A stretch of 64,000 nt of DNA, taken from a bacterium. GTDB taxonomy: Bacteria; Hinthialibacterota; Hinthialibacteria; Hinthialibacterales; Hinthialibacteraceae. Shown piece after piece: positions 41,111 to 50,578 of the stretch (the first letter of the stretch is position 1; every line of letters begins with the position of its first letter). Both the position numbers and the translations under genes were made by a program. The stretch lies in contig CAXXMV010000001.1 of NCBI GenBank assembly GCA_963662285.2, positions 1,056,001 through 1,120,000 on the forward strand. The letters run 5' to 3'. The notes beneath the pieces were generated by a model, which saw only the letters and a program-made list of their open reading frames with translations, searched no databases and had not been told where the DNA came from.

Positions 41111-41980
41111 ATGAATGTTGAGGGTAGATTCAAAAAAATTATTCTTCTGTTTTCATTAGTCTGGTTTTGTTTACCGGCGGAAACCAGACCGGTCATGGTC
41201 GAACTATTCGTCTCCGATAGCCAATGCGACGATTGCCAGACGGCCATGAAAGAGATTGTTCAACTTAGCGGCGAATTCACAGACTATGAGTTTCATCTAT
41301 TGATTTATCACGTCGGGATAAATGATAAATTATGGAATTTTGACAGCGCAGTTCGTGCGATTCATTATGGACTGCAAGTCGACCGGCTTCCCGTTGTTAT
41401 CTTAAATGGCGTCTCCCGCATTGATGGAGCGAGACCCGGCATTATATCCACCTATAGAGACCAAGTCCTCGAAAAACTGAAAGAAGAAACCGTAGGTAAG
41501 GTTAACGGGTGGATGCGCATCAAGGCGAATTCTCTTATCGGCTCGGCAACATACAGTCTGCCATTATCATCATCGGGGCAATATAACTTATGTTATAGCC
41601 TGACCGAAGATCAATCACAGGAAGAACCATCCGTCGTCCGGTATTCAAAGGCAATGATAAAATCAGTTACCGACCTTTATGGCGTTACCAGCATGGATAT
41701 TGACCTGGCTGATCCAAATAAAGTAATCGAGGTTGATGAAATTAAAACTCATGGATTCTGGTGGGTTGAAAATGCCAGGACTTATGAGATTATTCATTCA
41801 ATTCGCGCTATAAATGCGGCGCCCTTCCAGTGGGATTTCGATAATAATGGCGAATGGGATCATAATGACGCCTTTATCTTCTCGTTTCTATGGGGAGAAC
41901 AATCAAACGCCGCAGACCGGGATCAAAACGGGCGCGTTGACCAGGCGGATCTGCTTCAAATACTAGGCGCTAAGCCTTAA
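41111..41980 (+). CDS. Secreted thioredoxin-fold (CxxC; DUF1223/Omp28-like) protein with C-terminal dockerin/EF-hand-like pair
   Basis: VELFVSDSQCDDC, YH, LPVVILNG; DFDNNGEWDHND and DRDQNGRVDQADLL. Confidence 0.7.
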   Translation: MNVEGRFKKIILLFSLVWFCLPAETRPVMVELFVSDSQCDDCQTAMKEIVQLSGEFTDYEFHLLIYHVGINDKLWNFDSAVRAIHYGLQVDRLPVVILNGVSRIDGARPGIISTYRDQVLEKLKEETVGKVNGWMRIKANSLIGSATYSLPLSSSGQYNLCYSLTEDQSQEEPSVVRYSKAMIKSVTDLYGVTSMDIDLADPNKVIEVDEIKTHGFWWVENARTYEIIHSIRAINAAPFQWDFDNNGEWDHNDAFIFSFLWGEQSNAADRDQNGRVDQADLLQILGAKP

Positions 41981-42002
41981 ACATAAGCGGGTAATCCCTC
42001 GC

Positions 42003-42048
42003 TTGACATACCAACGAAATAGCCGTAAATTATACTGAACATTAGTAC
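42003..42048 (+). promoter_or_regulatory. Promoter plus candidate LexA (SOS) box
   Basis: TTGACA (42003-08), 17 bp, TAAATT; GAAC-ATTA-GTAC at 42037-42048. Confidence 0.6.
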
Positions 42049-42074
42049 ACCTTTATATAATAGGCTGGGTTGAG

Positions 42075-44369
42075 ATGGATCGCGTTGAATCAGTTCTGGA
42101 ATCATTTCGCAAAGATTCCCGTTTCCGCGGGAATATCACTTTTTGGCATACTCTGCCACCCGAACCGCCTTGTTATGGCGAGTGGCCGGAGAATTTTTCT
42201 CCCGACATCATCAATGCACTGCAACGGCGCGGTATTGAACGGCTTTATACCCATCAGGCTCAAGCGGTGCACTGCGTCCTGGATGGCGATAATGTCATCG
42301 TGGTTACTCCGACTGCATCGGGCAAAACTATGTGCTACAACCTACCGGTGCTGCATCATCTTACCTGCGTCAATCAGGACGCCCGTGCGTTGTATCTCTT
42401 TCCAACCAAAGCCCTGTCTCAAGATCAGGTTCTGGAAGCGCGTGAGTTGGCGGGAGAACTGAAGCATGACCTCAAGATTCACACCTTCGACGGCGACACG
42501 CCGCAAAGCGCACGACGCGCCATCCGCAATTCCGGGCATATCGTGGTGACCAATCCAGATATGTTGCATACCGGAATCCTGCCCCATCATACTCTGTGGA
42601 TTCGTCTGTTCGAAAATCTGGAATATATCGTGGTTGATGAGGTGCATCATTACCGGGGAGTGTTCGGCAGCCACCTGGCTAATCTTATGCGGCGCTTACA
42701 ACGCATTTGCAAGTTCTATGGATCGAAGCCCAAATTTATCTGCTGCTCAGCCACTATCGCTAATCCAGAAGAACTCTCTGAAAAACTTTTCGGCGCTCCA
42801 TTCAACCTAATCGACGACAATGGCGCCCCGCGCGGCGAGAAGCATTTTATTTTTTATAATCCTCCGGTAATCAATGAAGAGTTGGGCATCCGTAAATCGG
42901 TCATCAACGAAGCCAGCCGCATCGCGACCGATTTTCTGCTCAGCGAAGTGCAGACCATCGTGTTCGGTCGCAGCCGACTGCGGGTGGAGATTCTCACCAC
43001 ATACCTGAAAAGGGCTATGGAGCGCAATAAAAAAGACCCCAACCGCATCCGCGGCTATCGCGGCGGCTACCTGCCCAACGAACGGCGCGACATCGAAGAG
43101 GGAACCCGTTCAGGACGCTACCTGGGGGTAGTCAGCACCAACGCCCTGGAACTGGGCATCGACATAGGTCAACTCAAAGCCGCCGTATTGGCGGGTTATC
43201 CGGGGACTATCGCCTCTACCTGGCAACAAGGGGGGCGCGCCGGGCGGCAGCAGGAGACCTCAGTGGTGGTGCTGGTGGCCAGTTCGGCGCCATTGGATCA
43301 GTTTATCATTCAACATCCCCGCTATTTCTTCGGGACGACTCCCGAAAGCGGACTGGTTAATCCCGATAACCTGGCCATCATGGCCAGCCATTTGAAATGC
43401 GGCGCTTTTGAATTGCCCTTCGAAGATGAAGAACCCTTTGGTCAAGTTGAAATCGGCGATTTTCTACAATATCTCGAAGAAGAAAAAGTCTTGCGTCATG
43501 CCGGAGATAAATGGTTCTGGTCCAGCGCCGCTTATCCTGCGGAAGAGATTTCGCTGCGCTCCGCGTCATCGGAGAATTTCGTCATTATCAACACCACCGA
43601 ACAAAACACTGTGCTAGGCGAGGTTGACCTGCACAGCGCGTCAATGCTGATCCACGAACAGGCCATCTACCTGCATCAGAGCAAGCAGTTCGTCATTGAT
43701 AAACTGGATTGGGATGGACGCACCGCTTATGCGCGCGAGGTGGAGGTTGATTATTACACTGACGCGGTGGAAGAGAGCGACATCAAGGTTATCACCACCG
43801 ACGTCAACCAGCGCATCCCGTCTGAGCGGCGCCCTGACCCCGACGCCTGCGCCACGCGCCATTTCGGCGAGGTGGCGGTCAGCACCATTGTTCCCAAGTA
43901 TAAGAAAATCCGTTTCGAGACCCATGAAAATGTGGGATTCGGCAATATCCACCTGCCCCAGTTGGACAAGCAGACCGAGTCATACTGGGTTGAACTATCC
44001 GAAGAACTGGCGCTCAAAATCAGCGAACAGCAGATTGATATCGGCGGAGGCCTGCGCGCCCTGGCCACCGCGCTATGCAATGTAGTCCCGGTATTCGTGT
44101 TATGCGATCCCCGCGACGTCTGCTCAGCGCCGATGGTGCGCTCGCCCTTCTCCGGACTGCCCACCATATACCTCTACGACGCCTACCCGGGCGGCATCGG
44201 CATCGCCCGCCGCATCTACGACATCGACCTCAAACTCTTCCAGGCCGCAGAAGAACTGATCCGCAACTGCCACTGCAAAACCGGCTGCCCCTCCTGCGTA
44301 GGCCCCCCGCTGGAAGTAGGAGGCCAAGGCAAACTGGCGGCTACTGTGTTGCTGGAGTTTTTGTTGTGA
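42075..44369 (+). CDS. DEAD/DEAH-box helicase with DUF1998 (MrfA/YprA/SftH/Hrq1 family)
   Basis: TPTASGKT, PTKAL, DEVH, SAT, NALELGIDIG, QQGGRAGR, YDAYPGGIG, CHCKTGCPSC. Confidence 0.92.
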   Translation: MDRVESVLESFRKDSRFRGNITFWHTLPPEPPCYGEWPENFSPDIINALQRRGIERLYTHQAQAVHCVLDGDNVIVVTPTASGKTMCYNLPVLHHLTCVNQDARALYLFPTKALSQDQVLEARELAGELKHDLKIHTFDGDTPQSARRAIRNSGHIVVTNPDMLHTGILPHHTLWIRLFENLEYIVVDEVHHYRGVFGSHLANLMRRLQRICKFYGSKPKFICCSATIANPEELSEKLFGAPFNLIDDNGAPRGEKHFIFYNPPVINEELGIRKSVINEASRIATDFLLSEVQTIVFGRSRLRVEILTTYLKRAMERNKKDPNRIRGYRGGYLPNERRDIEEGTRSGRYLGVVSTNALELGIDIGQLKAAVLAGYPGTIASTWQQGGRAGRQQETSVVVLVASSAPLDQFIIQHPRYFFGTTPESGLVNPDNLAIMASHLKCGAFELPFEDEEPFGQVEIGDFLQYLEEEKVLRHAGDKWFWSSAAYPAEEISLRSASSENFVIINTTEQNTVLGEVDLHSASMLIHEQAIYLHQSKQFVIDKLDWDGRTAYAREVEVDYYTDAVEESDIKVITTDVNQRIPSERRPDPDACATRHFGEVAVSTIVPKYKKIRFETHENVGFGNIHLPQLDKQTESYWVELSEELALKISEQQIDIGGGLRALATALCNVVPVFVLCDPRDVCSAPMVRSPFSGLPTIYLYDAYPGGIGIARRIYDIDLKLFQAAEELIRNCHCKTGCPSCVGPPLEVGGQGKLAATVLLEFLL

Positions 44370-44390
44370 TACTATTCAAGGAGATTTTTA

Positions 44391-45095
44391 ATGGTCGATA
44401 TTAAAGATTGTGATAGAGATTTTTTTTAAGAAAAAGTTTTTAATTCAAAAAATGAAACTCTACATGAGTTTTCAAAATTCTTTGACAGACGTATCCATGA
44501 ATTTATTGACAGGATTTATATCGATTTTATCCGATGGGAAAAATTAATCGAAAAACATAATGATGCAAATAATAGAATGGATAGATTCTGGTGGGTAAAT
44601 TGTTTTTTATATCTTTCAATTAACCACTTATTAAACTCATTCCATTTAATCATATCAGGCCATATAATATCATCGGGACATTTAATGCGCCAATTTTGTG
44701 AAACAGTATCTATGTCGTTAATGTGTTCACATCCAAAGATCAATACGTTTACAGAATTTGAAAAAAATCCCAAATTTTATCCTCTTTATAAATCTATCGA
44801 TTTTATTGGAAGAAAAAAGAATGTTAAACTACTTGGATTGAGTGATCAAGTAGGAATAGTATTAAAAGAAATATATAATTTCCATAATCAATATAGTCAT
44901 GCATCAGCATTATCAATTTATTATCATTTTATTTCTAGTAAGGAACAAGAGATTTCTTTTGGTGGAGATTTTCACCCAGATAAGATACAGTTTTACAATA
45001 CTGAAATTGAAGACCGTATAGATGCAGCTATATTTCTTTATTCTCTTATGGATAATATTGAAAGAATACTGAAAGAAAATAATGTTATTTCTTGA
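44391..45095 (+). pseudogene. AT-rich DUF5677/HEPN-like helical protein interrupted by one in-frame TAA
   Basis: AAGGAG RBS then ATG 44391, in frame with ORF 44577-45095; single TAA at 44427; MRQFCE and YNFHNQYSHAS motifs. Confidence 0.55.
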
Positions 45096-45176
45096 AAATT
45101 AGCCTATTAGACAAAAAACTAATCTTTTGGCCATTCTCTAAGATTATATCGCATGAGCCTAAAGAAGAGAAAATTT

Positions 45177-45377
45177 ATGTTCTCAATTAAACGTTGTCCA
45201 TCATGCGGCAGTAATAAGATCAAACCGCTTCGCCGGGATTGGGAAGGCCAATATCACGGCGCATCCTATATCGTCCCCGATTTAGAATTCCATGAATGCC
45301 CGGATTGTGAATAGAAGATATATGACAGTGAAGCCATACGGAAAATCGAAATGGCATCGCTTGGCTTAAAAAAATGA
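45177..45377 (+). pseudogene. YgiT/MqsA-type zinc-finger protein with in-frame TAG
   Basis: MFSIKRCPSCGS...VPDLEFHECPDCE*KIYDSEAIRKIE; TAG at 45312-14; absent from the ORF track. Confidence 0.75.
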
Positions 45378-46022
45378 ATCAGGGTATTGCCCGAAAGCGA
45401 TCTTCCAGTCATAAGTCCCGGTGTTGTCTTTGAGGCGGTACGACTTCCAAATATCTCCATTGGAAACCAGGCCGTTTGACGGCGCGTAGGGGATGGATGA
45501 ACTGGCCGTCGACCAGGCGATGTCGTAGTTATCGCGGTCCGGACCGCCAGCCATGAATACCCAGTAATAGCCCGAATTGTTGGGGCAGCCGCTGGTTCCA
45601 TAGGCCACGAAAAGCCCATTGAGGAAAGGGTCGACCGGGATGCTGCTCATGTAGGAAACCGGCGTGGTCAATTGAGACAGGACGCGTCCATCATGATAGG
45701 GATCGTAGCATGGATCAAGTCCAGCCTGGGCGCAGGTTTTACCCCACCGCGGCCCGAAATGATCCAAAGCGCACACATCATCCGGAGAACTGACCCCGTT
45801 GTGATTTACCCAGCCCTGATCGTTCCCATCCGGCATCCACAGATTAGTATCCACTTTGCGAGTGATATTGAGTTCAAAAAGCATTCTGATATCAGCAAAA
45901 GATTTGGCGGACAGCGCCCGGATTCGCGCGTTCATGAAGTTCGGAACCGCGATGGCCGCCAGGATGCCAATAATGGCGACCACAATGAGTAGTTCAATCA
46001 ACGTGAAAGCATCTTTTTTCAT
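45366..46022 (-). CDS. Prepilin-type protein (pilin paralog 3)
   Basis: KDA|FTLIELLIVVAIIGILAAIAVPNF; LTTPVSY; GGPD; YAPSNGLVSNGDI. Confidence 0.9.
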   Translation of the reverse strand: MKKDAFTLIELLIVVAIIGILAAIAVPNFMNARIRALSAKSFADIRMLFELNITRKVDTNLWMPDGNDQGWVNHNGVSSPDDVCALDHFGPRWGKTCAQAGLDPCYDPYHDGRVLSQLTTPVSYMSSIPVDPFLNGLFVAYGTSGCPNNSGYYWVFMAGGPDRDNYDIAWSTASSSIPYAPSNGLVSNGDIWKSYRLKDNTGTYDWKIAFGQYPDSFF

Positions 46023-46111
46023 GATCCTGCTTCCGGTTGGCGCCAATTGGTTATTGCTCCAAGGCGCCGTAAGGTTTTTGATATAACTCAGATAAGTTTC
46101 TTAATCTATAA

Positions 46112-47575
46112 TCACGCCTCAAAATAGACTCCATCCCTTACTAATACATCTCTTAATTCTGAGTATTTCAGGTCGCGGATTCCGCATTGTTTTTTTGCGC
46201 AGAGGGCGGCGGTGGCGCCGGAGGCCTGGCCCTGTCCCATAGAGCATACCGTGTTCCGGGTTGACATATGGGCGCGATGGTCGGAAGTGATCAACATCCC
46301 TGAAGCCAGCAGGTTTTCAATACCCGCTACGCACAGGGCGCGATAGGGGACGCCGTAAGTGGCGCCGTTTTTGACTTGCAGGCGGGGCGCCATATCGTGA
46401 AAACCATAAACCATGATTTCGTCATTGAAATGACGCGCTTCGATAACATCCTCATGGGTGATGTCGTAATCGCAAGCAATGCAGCGCGCCCGGCGGATAT
46501 TCAGAGATGGAGCAGTACGCGCAATGAAGGCGTTTTCGCAACCGGGGACGAATTTGCGGAATAGTTGCAAGGCGCGATACTGATTCTGGCGCAGTTTGAG
46601 TTCAGTCTTGGCGGTTTCGTCGCGATCAGTCGGGCTCTTAGCCATTTTGGTATTCATCTTGATAAACATTAAGTAATTGTCATGAACCGTAGTAGTGGTC
46701 ATGGACATACCAATCTTTCCGGCTTCCTCAGCAAATTCATCAGGTAGTTTTACCCGGCTGCCGTTCAGGCGTATGATCTGGTCATCCTTGCCGTTGCGGA
46801 TCCCATAGGCCAGTTCAGTGATAGCATCACGCGATTTAAGGAATTCGTAATACTTGTCAATATTAACATTGCCAACGCCAAAACTGTTACATACTGCATA
46901 ATCGTTGGGTTCGGTGTATTTGGCGCCAGCATGGGCTGACAGGTCGCCATAGGCTGTACAATCAATAAACGATTTGGCATACACCGCTTCGCGTCCAGAC
47001 AGGCTTTCGGTAATAACGCCTTTAACCCGTGATCCATCCATAATGGCGCCAACCAACATCGTATTAACCGCAACATGCACGCCAGCTTCCTCCAGCATGG
47101 TATGAGTAATAAGTTTATAGAGTTCGGTGTCAATCGCGGTGCAGACGCAATCATATCCAACCCGCTCGACCTGGTCGCCATGCCCGGTGCAGCCTCCAAC
47201 GGTGAGCATCCGGTTAATGATTTCCTGAGGGATGCCGCGAACTACCTGGCGTTTTTCCACACCGAATGGCTTCCACAGGTTATAAAAACTGTGCAGCGCC
47301 GTCCCACCTTCGGTTATGGTTCCTCCGGTATAGCCTTTCTTTTCGATCAGCATAACATTGACGCCCTGACGGGCTGCGGAAAGAGCAGCGACCACGCCAG
47401 CCGTGCCGCCGCCGGCCACAACAACATCAACATGATGAACAGGAATGGATTTAGAGGGTTCAATATATAAATTGCCTTCAATTTGGGTGGATTTGGAGGT
47501 TTGGCTTGTTGTGCAACCAGCCTGCGTTCCGATCCCCAAAGCGAGCAGGCCTTTAGAAAAATCGCGGCGTTTCAT
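46112..47575 (-). CDS. FAD-dependent oxidoreductase (PF12831-like) with Tat lipoprotein-like signal
   Basis: KRRDF...AGC; VVVAGGGTAG, FIDCTAYGD, YGVPYRAL, MGQGQASG. Confidence 0.88.
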   Translation of the reverse strand: MKRRDFSKGLLALGIGTQAGCTTSQTSKSTQIEGNLYIEPSKSIPVHHVDVVVAGGGTAGVVAALSAARQGVNVMLIEKKGYTGGTITEGGTALHSFYNLWKPFGVEKRQVVRGIPQEIINRMLTVGGCTGHGDQVERVGYDCVCTAIDTELYKLITHTMLEEAGVHVAVNTMLVGAIMDGSRVKGVITESLSGREAVYAKSFIDCTAYGDLSAHAGAKYTEPNDYAVCNSFGVGNVNIDKYYEFLKSRDAITELAYGIRNGKDDQIIRLNGSRVKLPDEFAEEAGKIGMSMTTTTVHDNYLMFIKMNTKMAKSPTDRDETAKTELKLRQNQYRALQLFRKFVPGCENAFIARTAPSLNIRRARCIACDYDITHEDVIEARHFNDEIMVYGFHDMAPRLQVKNGATYGVPYRALCVAGIENLLASGMLITSDHRAHMSTRNTVCSMGQGQASGATAALCAKKQCGIRDLKYSELRDVLVRDGVYFEA

Positions 47576-47756
47576 GATTATATTCTCCAATCGTATGTAT
47601 TTCGATTATCCGTAATCATATAATTTCCGCTCGCATCATGTCAAGCATTTTTCCCAGGACATCATGTTTTTCAGTAGACATAGGAAAGCATGATATGATA
47701 TAACCTAAATACGAAATTCTATGAAAATATCTGAACTAATCGCGTGAATTAAAATA

Positions 47757-49253
47757 ATGGAATCAAAGCAAATAGCCAAAGTCGTCACAATATTTCTCAT
47801 CATTACAATTATCTTATGGATCACTATTCTTCTGTTTCAGTTTCGCATACTAAATATTTTCGACAAATACCTGATGAAGTTTCCCGGCCCACTCACGGTT
47901 TTTGGAATAATGGTATTGACTCCCATATTAGCAGTCATGCAGGGATTAAAAATAAAAAAAAGTGAAGGTAAATTCATTCAGGGTTGTATATTAATATCTT
48001 CAGGAATTATTCTGTTTACTGCGTTTGTTGTTTTCATTGGAATCCCCTTGACGCTTAATATGCTTGAACCGGAAACACCAAAGAATCCTGATTCTCCACG
48101 GGTCTATATCCCCCAATATGGAATACCAGTTTTTCCGGGCGCGGAAGGATTCGGAACGAAAACTCCCGCAGGAAGAGGGGGAAAGGTAATTTCAGTAACA
48201 TCACTGAAGGATAATGGGCCGGGAACATTGCGCGAAGCGCTTGAATCGCCTTTTTCGCGCACAATTGTTTTTGCCGTCAGCGGAATTATTGAACTTGATA
48301 ACCAACTCTTCATAAACCATCCCTTCGTTACCATATCAGGCCAAACAGCCCCGGGAAATGGCGTCTGCATAAAGAACGCGGGAATTGTGGTTGCATCTCA
48401 TGACGTACTGATCCAACATATAAGAGTGCGGCCTGGAAATATGGGAAAAATTAACGCCGACGACAACGACGCAATTTCAATCCTGGGTGAACATGGAGAT
48501 ATCGATGGAGCATATAACATAGTGCTAGATCACATATCCACCAGTTGGGGTGAGGATGAAACCATTAGTACGTGGTATGGGGCGCACGATATTACTATCT
48601 CATGGTCTATTATTAGTGAAGCGCTCAATGTAAGCAGGCATAGAAAAATAACCCATAGCGCCGGATTACTTATAGGAGACAGTTCCTACAATGTTTCAAT
48701 GCATCATAATCTTCTGGCGCACAACGATTTCAGGAACCCCCTCATCATAGAAGGCGGAACTCACGATTTCATTAATAATGTGGTTTATAACTGGGGAGTG
48801 TTGCCTGCAGAAATTGTGGATTATTCTTCAAACTCTTTCTTGAATTTTATAGGCAACTACTTTATTCCAGGGCCATCCACCCAAAAAGGCCCTTTTGAAA
48901 TCATGATAAACCCTGATAAAGGCATCCCCCAAATCTACGCCGAAGGTAATATCGGACCTCATAGAGAAGATGAAAGTGATGATGATTGGAATTCTGTAGG
49001 TTACGGATACGGCGATGACGGGATCGCCCATAATAAATACCGTTCTCAACGTAAATTCGATACGCCAATCATAACGACCATGCAAGCCGGGGAATCTTAC
49101 CAAAAAGTCCTTGCTGAATCCGGCGCCATACTACCTGTCCGTGATGTAGTTGATAACAGGATAGTACAAGATGTAATCAATAAAACCGGATCAATCATCA
49201 ATTCTCCTGATGAGGTAGGGGGATATCCAATTTACGCGGCAAATAGTAATTGA
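47757..49253 (+). CDS. Pectate lyase (PL1-like) with N-terminal multi-TM anchor
   Basis: FPGAEGFG, GRGG, DNGPGTLREA, GQTAPG, DHISTSWGEDE, RNP, NNVVYNWG, SPDEVGG. Confidence 0.88.
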   Translation: MESKQIAKVVTIFLIITIILWITILLFQFRILNIFDKYLMKFPGPLTVFGIMVLTPILAVMQGLKIKKSEGKFIQGCILISSGIILFTAFVVFIGIPLTLNMLEPETPKNPDSPRVYIPQYGIPVFPGAEGFGTKTPAGRGGKVISVTSLKDNGPGTLREALESPFSRTIVFAVSGIIELDNQLFINHPFVTISGQTAPGNGVCIKNAGIVVASHDVLIQHIRVRPGNMGKINADDNDAISILGEHGDIDGAYNIVLDHISTSWGEDETISTWYGAHDITISWSIISEALNVSRHRKITHSAGLLIGDSSYNVSMHHNLLAHNDFRNPLIIEGGTHDFINNVVYNWGVLPAEIVDYSSNSFLNFIGNYFIPGPSTQKGPFEIMINPDKGIPQIYAEGNIGPHREDESDDDWNSVGYGYGDDGIAHNKYRSQRKFDTPIITTMQAGESYQKVLAESGAILPVRDVVDNRIVQDVINKTGSIINSPDEVGGYPIYAANSN

Positions 49254-49353
49254 TGGAATTAAAAAATGCCTTCTTCAGTTTCCTGTATTTCCCAATAGAA
49301 TACATATTCGCTTTACTTATGCTTTAAGTTCAGACGTAACAGGAATAATTGAT

Positions 49354-50574
49354 ATGATTGACAGCAATGCGTTGCCCGGTGGGACCAATCTGAGGCTTCT
49401 TCTGGAAGAGTGTCAGTGTGATGATGCTTATCTTCTGGAACATAGCACGGTTCAAAGCCTGATCGAAACAGCCATTCAAGAGGTTGGTTTTCAACATCTG
49501 GTGAATACCGGACATAAGTTTGAAGGCGGAGGCTACACGTCGGCTTTCATTCTGGCGGAATCGCATGTGATTATCCACACCTGGCCGGAAAATAACCGCA
49601 TCGCCATCGTGGATATCAGCGTGTGCGATTTCAAGAGGCCAAACCGCGCCAGGACATTGGCGCTGGGCGACCTGATCGCAGCCATTTTTCAAGCAAAAAA
49701 AACCATCCATGAAGTCCTGCCCATGATTCCACGCATCGCCGATAACGCCCTGCCAGCGCAGGGCTATCATATTGAAATAGAAAAAATAATTGCCTCCCGC
49801 AAAAGCGCCTTCCAGAACATTCTGATCGCCGAGACCAAGCCCTATGGACGGGCGCTGGTTTTGGATGGAGTTGTGCAAATCAGTGAGTCAGATGATTTCT
49901 ATTACCACGAGCCATTGGTTCATGTGGCCATGCTGTCGCACCAGAATCCTCAACATGTTTTGATCTGTGGAGGCGGGGATGGAGGAGCGGCCAAGCAGGT
50001 TATCAAACACTCATCGGTTGAATCATGCACCATTGTCGATATCGACAAGGATGTGGTTGAACTATCAAAAAAAGAACTATTCAGCGTACATCAAGGCGCT
50101 TTTGATGATCCCAGAGTAGACGTTAATATCCAGGATGCTGAGCAATTTATAGCGAAAACGGATGCTGAATATGATGTGATCATCATTGATACCACCGATC
50201 CGGCGGCAGTGTCGGAGACGCTTTTTTCACAGGATTTTTTTAACGCCATACATGCAGTTTTAGCGAAAGATGGATGCCTGACGCTTCATGTTGGGTCGCC
50301 GTTTGCAGAGGGCGGTTATCGAGAAACAGTAATTGAACACCTGGATGATATTTTCAAGTCGGTGCACCCCTATATGAATTTCGTGCCCTGCTATGGGGCG
50401 TTGCTATGCTACCTGGTCTGTTTCAAGAGCGACAGTGGTTTAATAAAACCTGAGATTGTGGATCAGCGCTTGAAACAACGGGGGATCGATAATCTGAGTT
50501 ATATCAATCCAGAAATCTATCAAGCGCTATTCGCCATCCCTCCCTGCATAAACATTACCCGCGAAAAACAATAG
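49354..50574 (+). CDS. speE: Fused S-adenosylmethionine decarboxylase proenzyme and spermidine synthase (SpeD-SpeE)
   Basis: LAESHVIIHTWPE (pyruvoyl site), DISVC; then LVLDG, YHEPLVH, GGGDGG, DIDKDVV, IIDTTDP. Confidence 0.9.
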   Translation: MIDSNALPGGTNLRLLLEECQCDDAYLLEHSTVQSLIETAIQEVGFQHLVNTGHKFEGGGYTSAFILAESHVIIHTWPENNRIAIVDISVCDFKRPNRARTLALGDLIAAIFQAKKTIHEVLPMIPRIADNALPAQGYHIEIEKIIASRKSAFQNILIAETKPYGRALVLDGVVQISESDDFYYHEPLVHVAMLSHQNPQHVLICGGGDGGAAKQVIKHSSVESCTIVDIDKDVVELSKKELFSVHQGAFDDPRVDVNIQDAEQFIAKTDAEYDVIIIDTTDPAAVSETLFSQDFFNAIHAVLAKDGCLTLHVGSPFAEGGYRETVIEHLDDIFKSVHPYMNFVPCYGALLCYLVCFKSDSGLIKPEIVDQRLKQRGIDNLSYINPEIYQALFAIPPCINITREKQ

Positions 50575-50578
50575 GCGC

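Noticed and set aside
42075-44369. DISARM/Druantia-type defence helicase
   Set aside because: Size and motifs fit stand-alone MrfA/Hrq1 repair helicases; no methylase, DrmA/DrmB split or PLD gene nearby.
45312-45314. Pyrrolysine or stop-codon reassignment
   Set aside because: TAG terminates ordinary genes here (e.g. 1199, 22961, 38005, 50574) and the neighbouring interruption is TAA; nonsense mutation or error is simpler.
49330-49878. 182-aa antisense ORF, plus similar shadows such as 57231-57800, 39550-40008 and 46765-47199
   Set aside because: They overlap well-supported genes and have no recognisable motifs or RBS.
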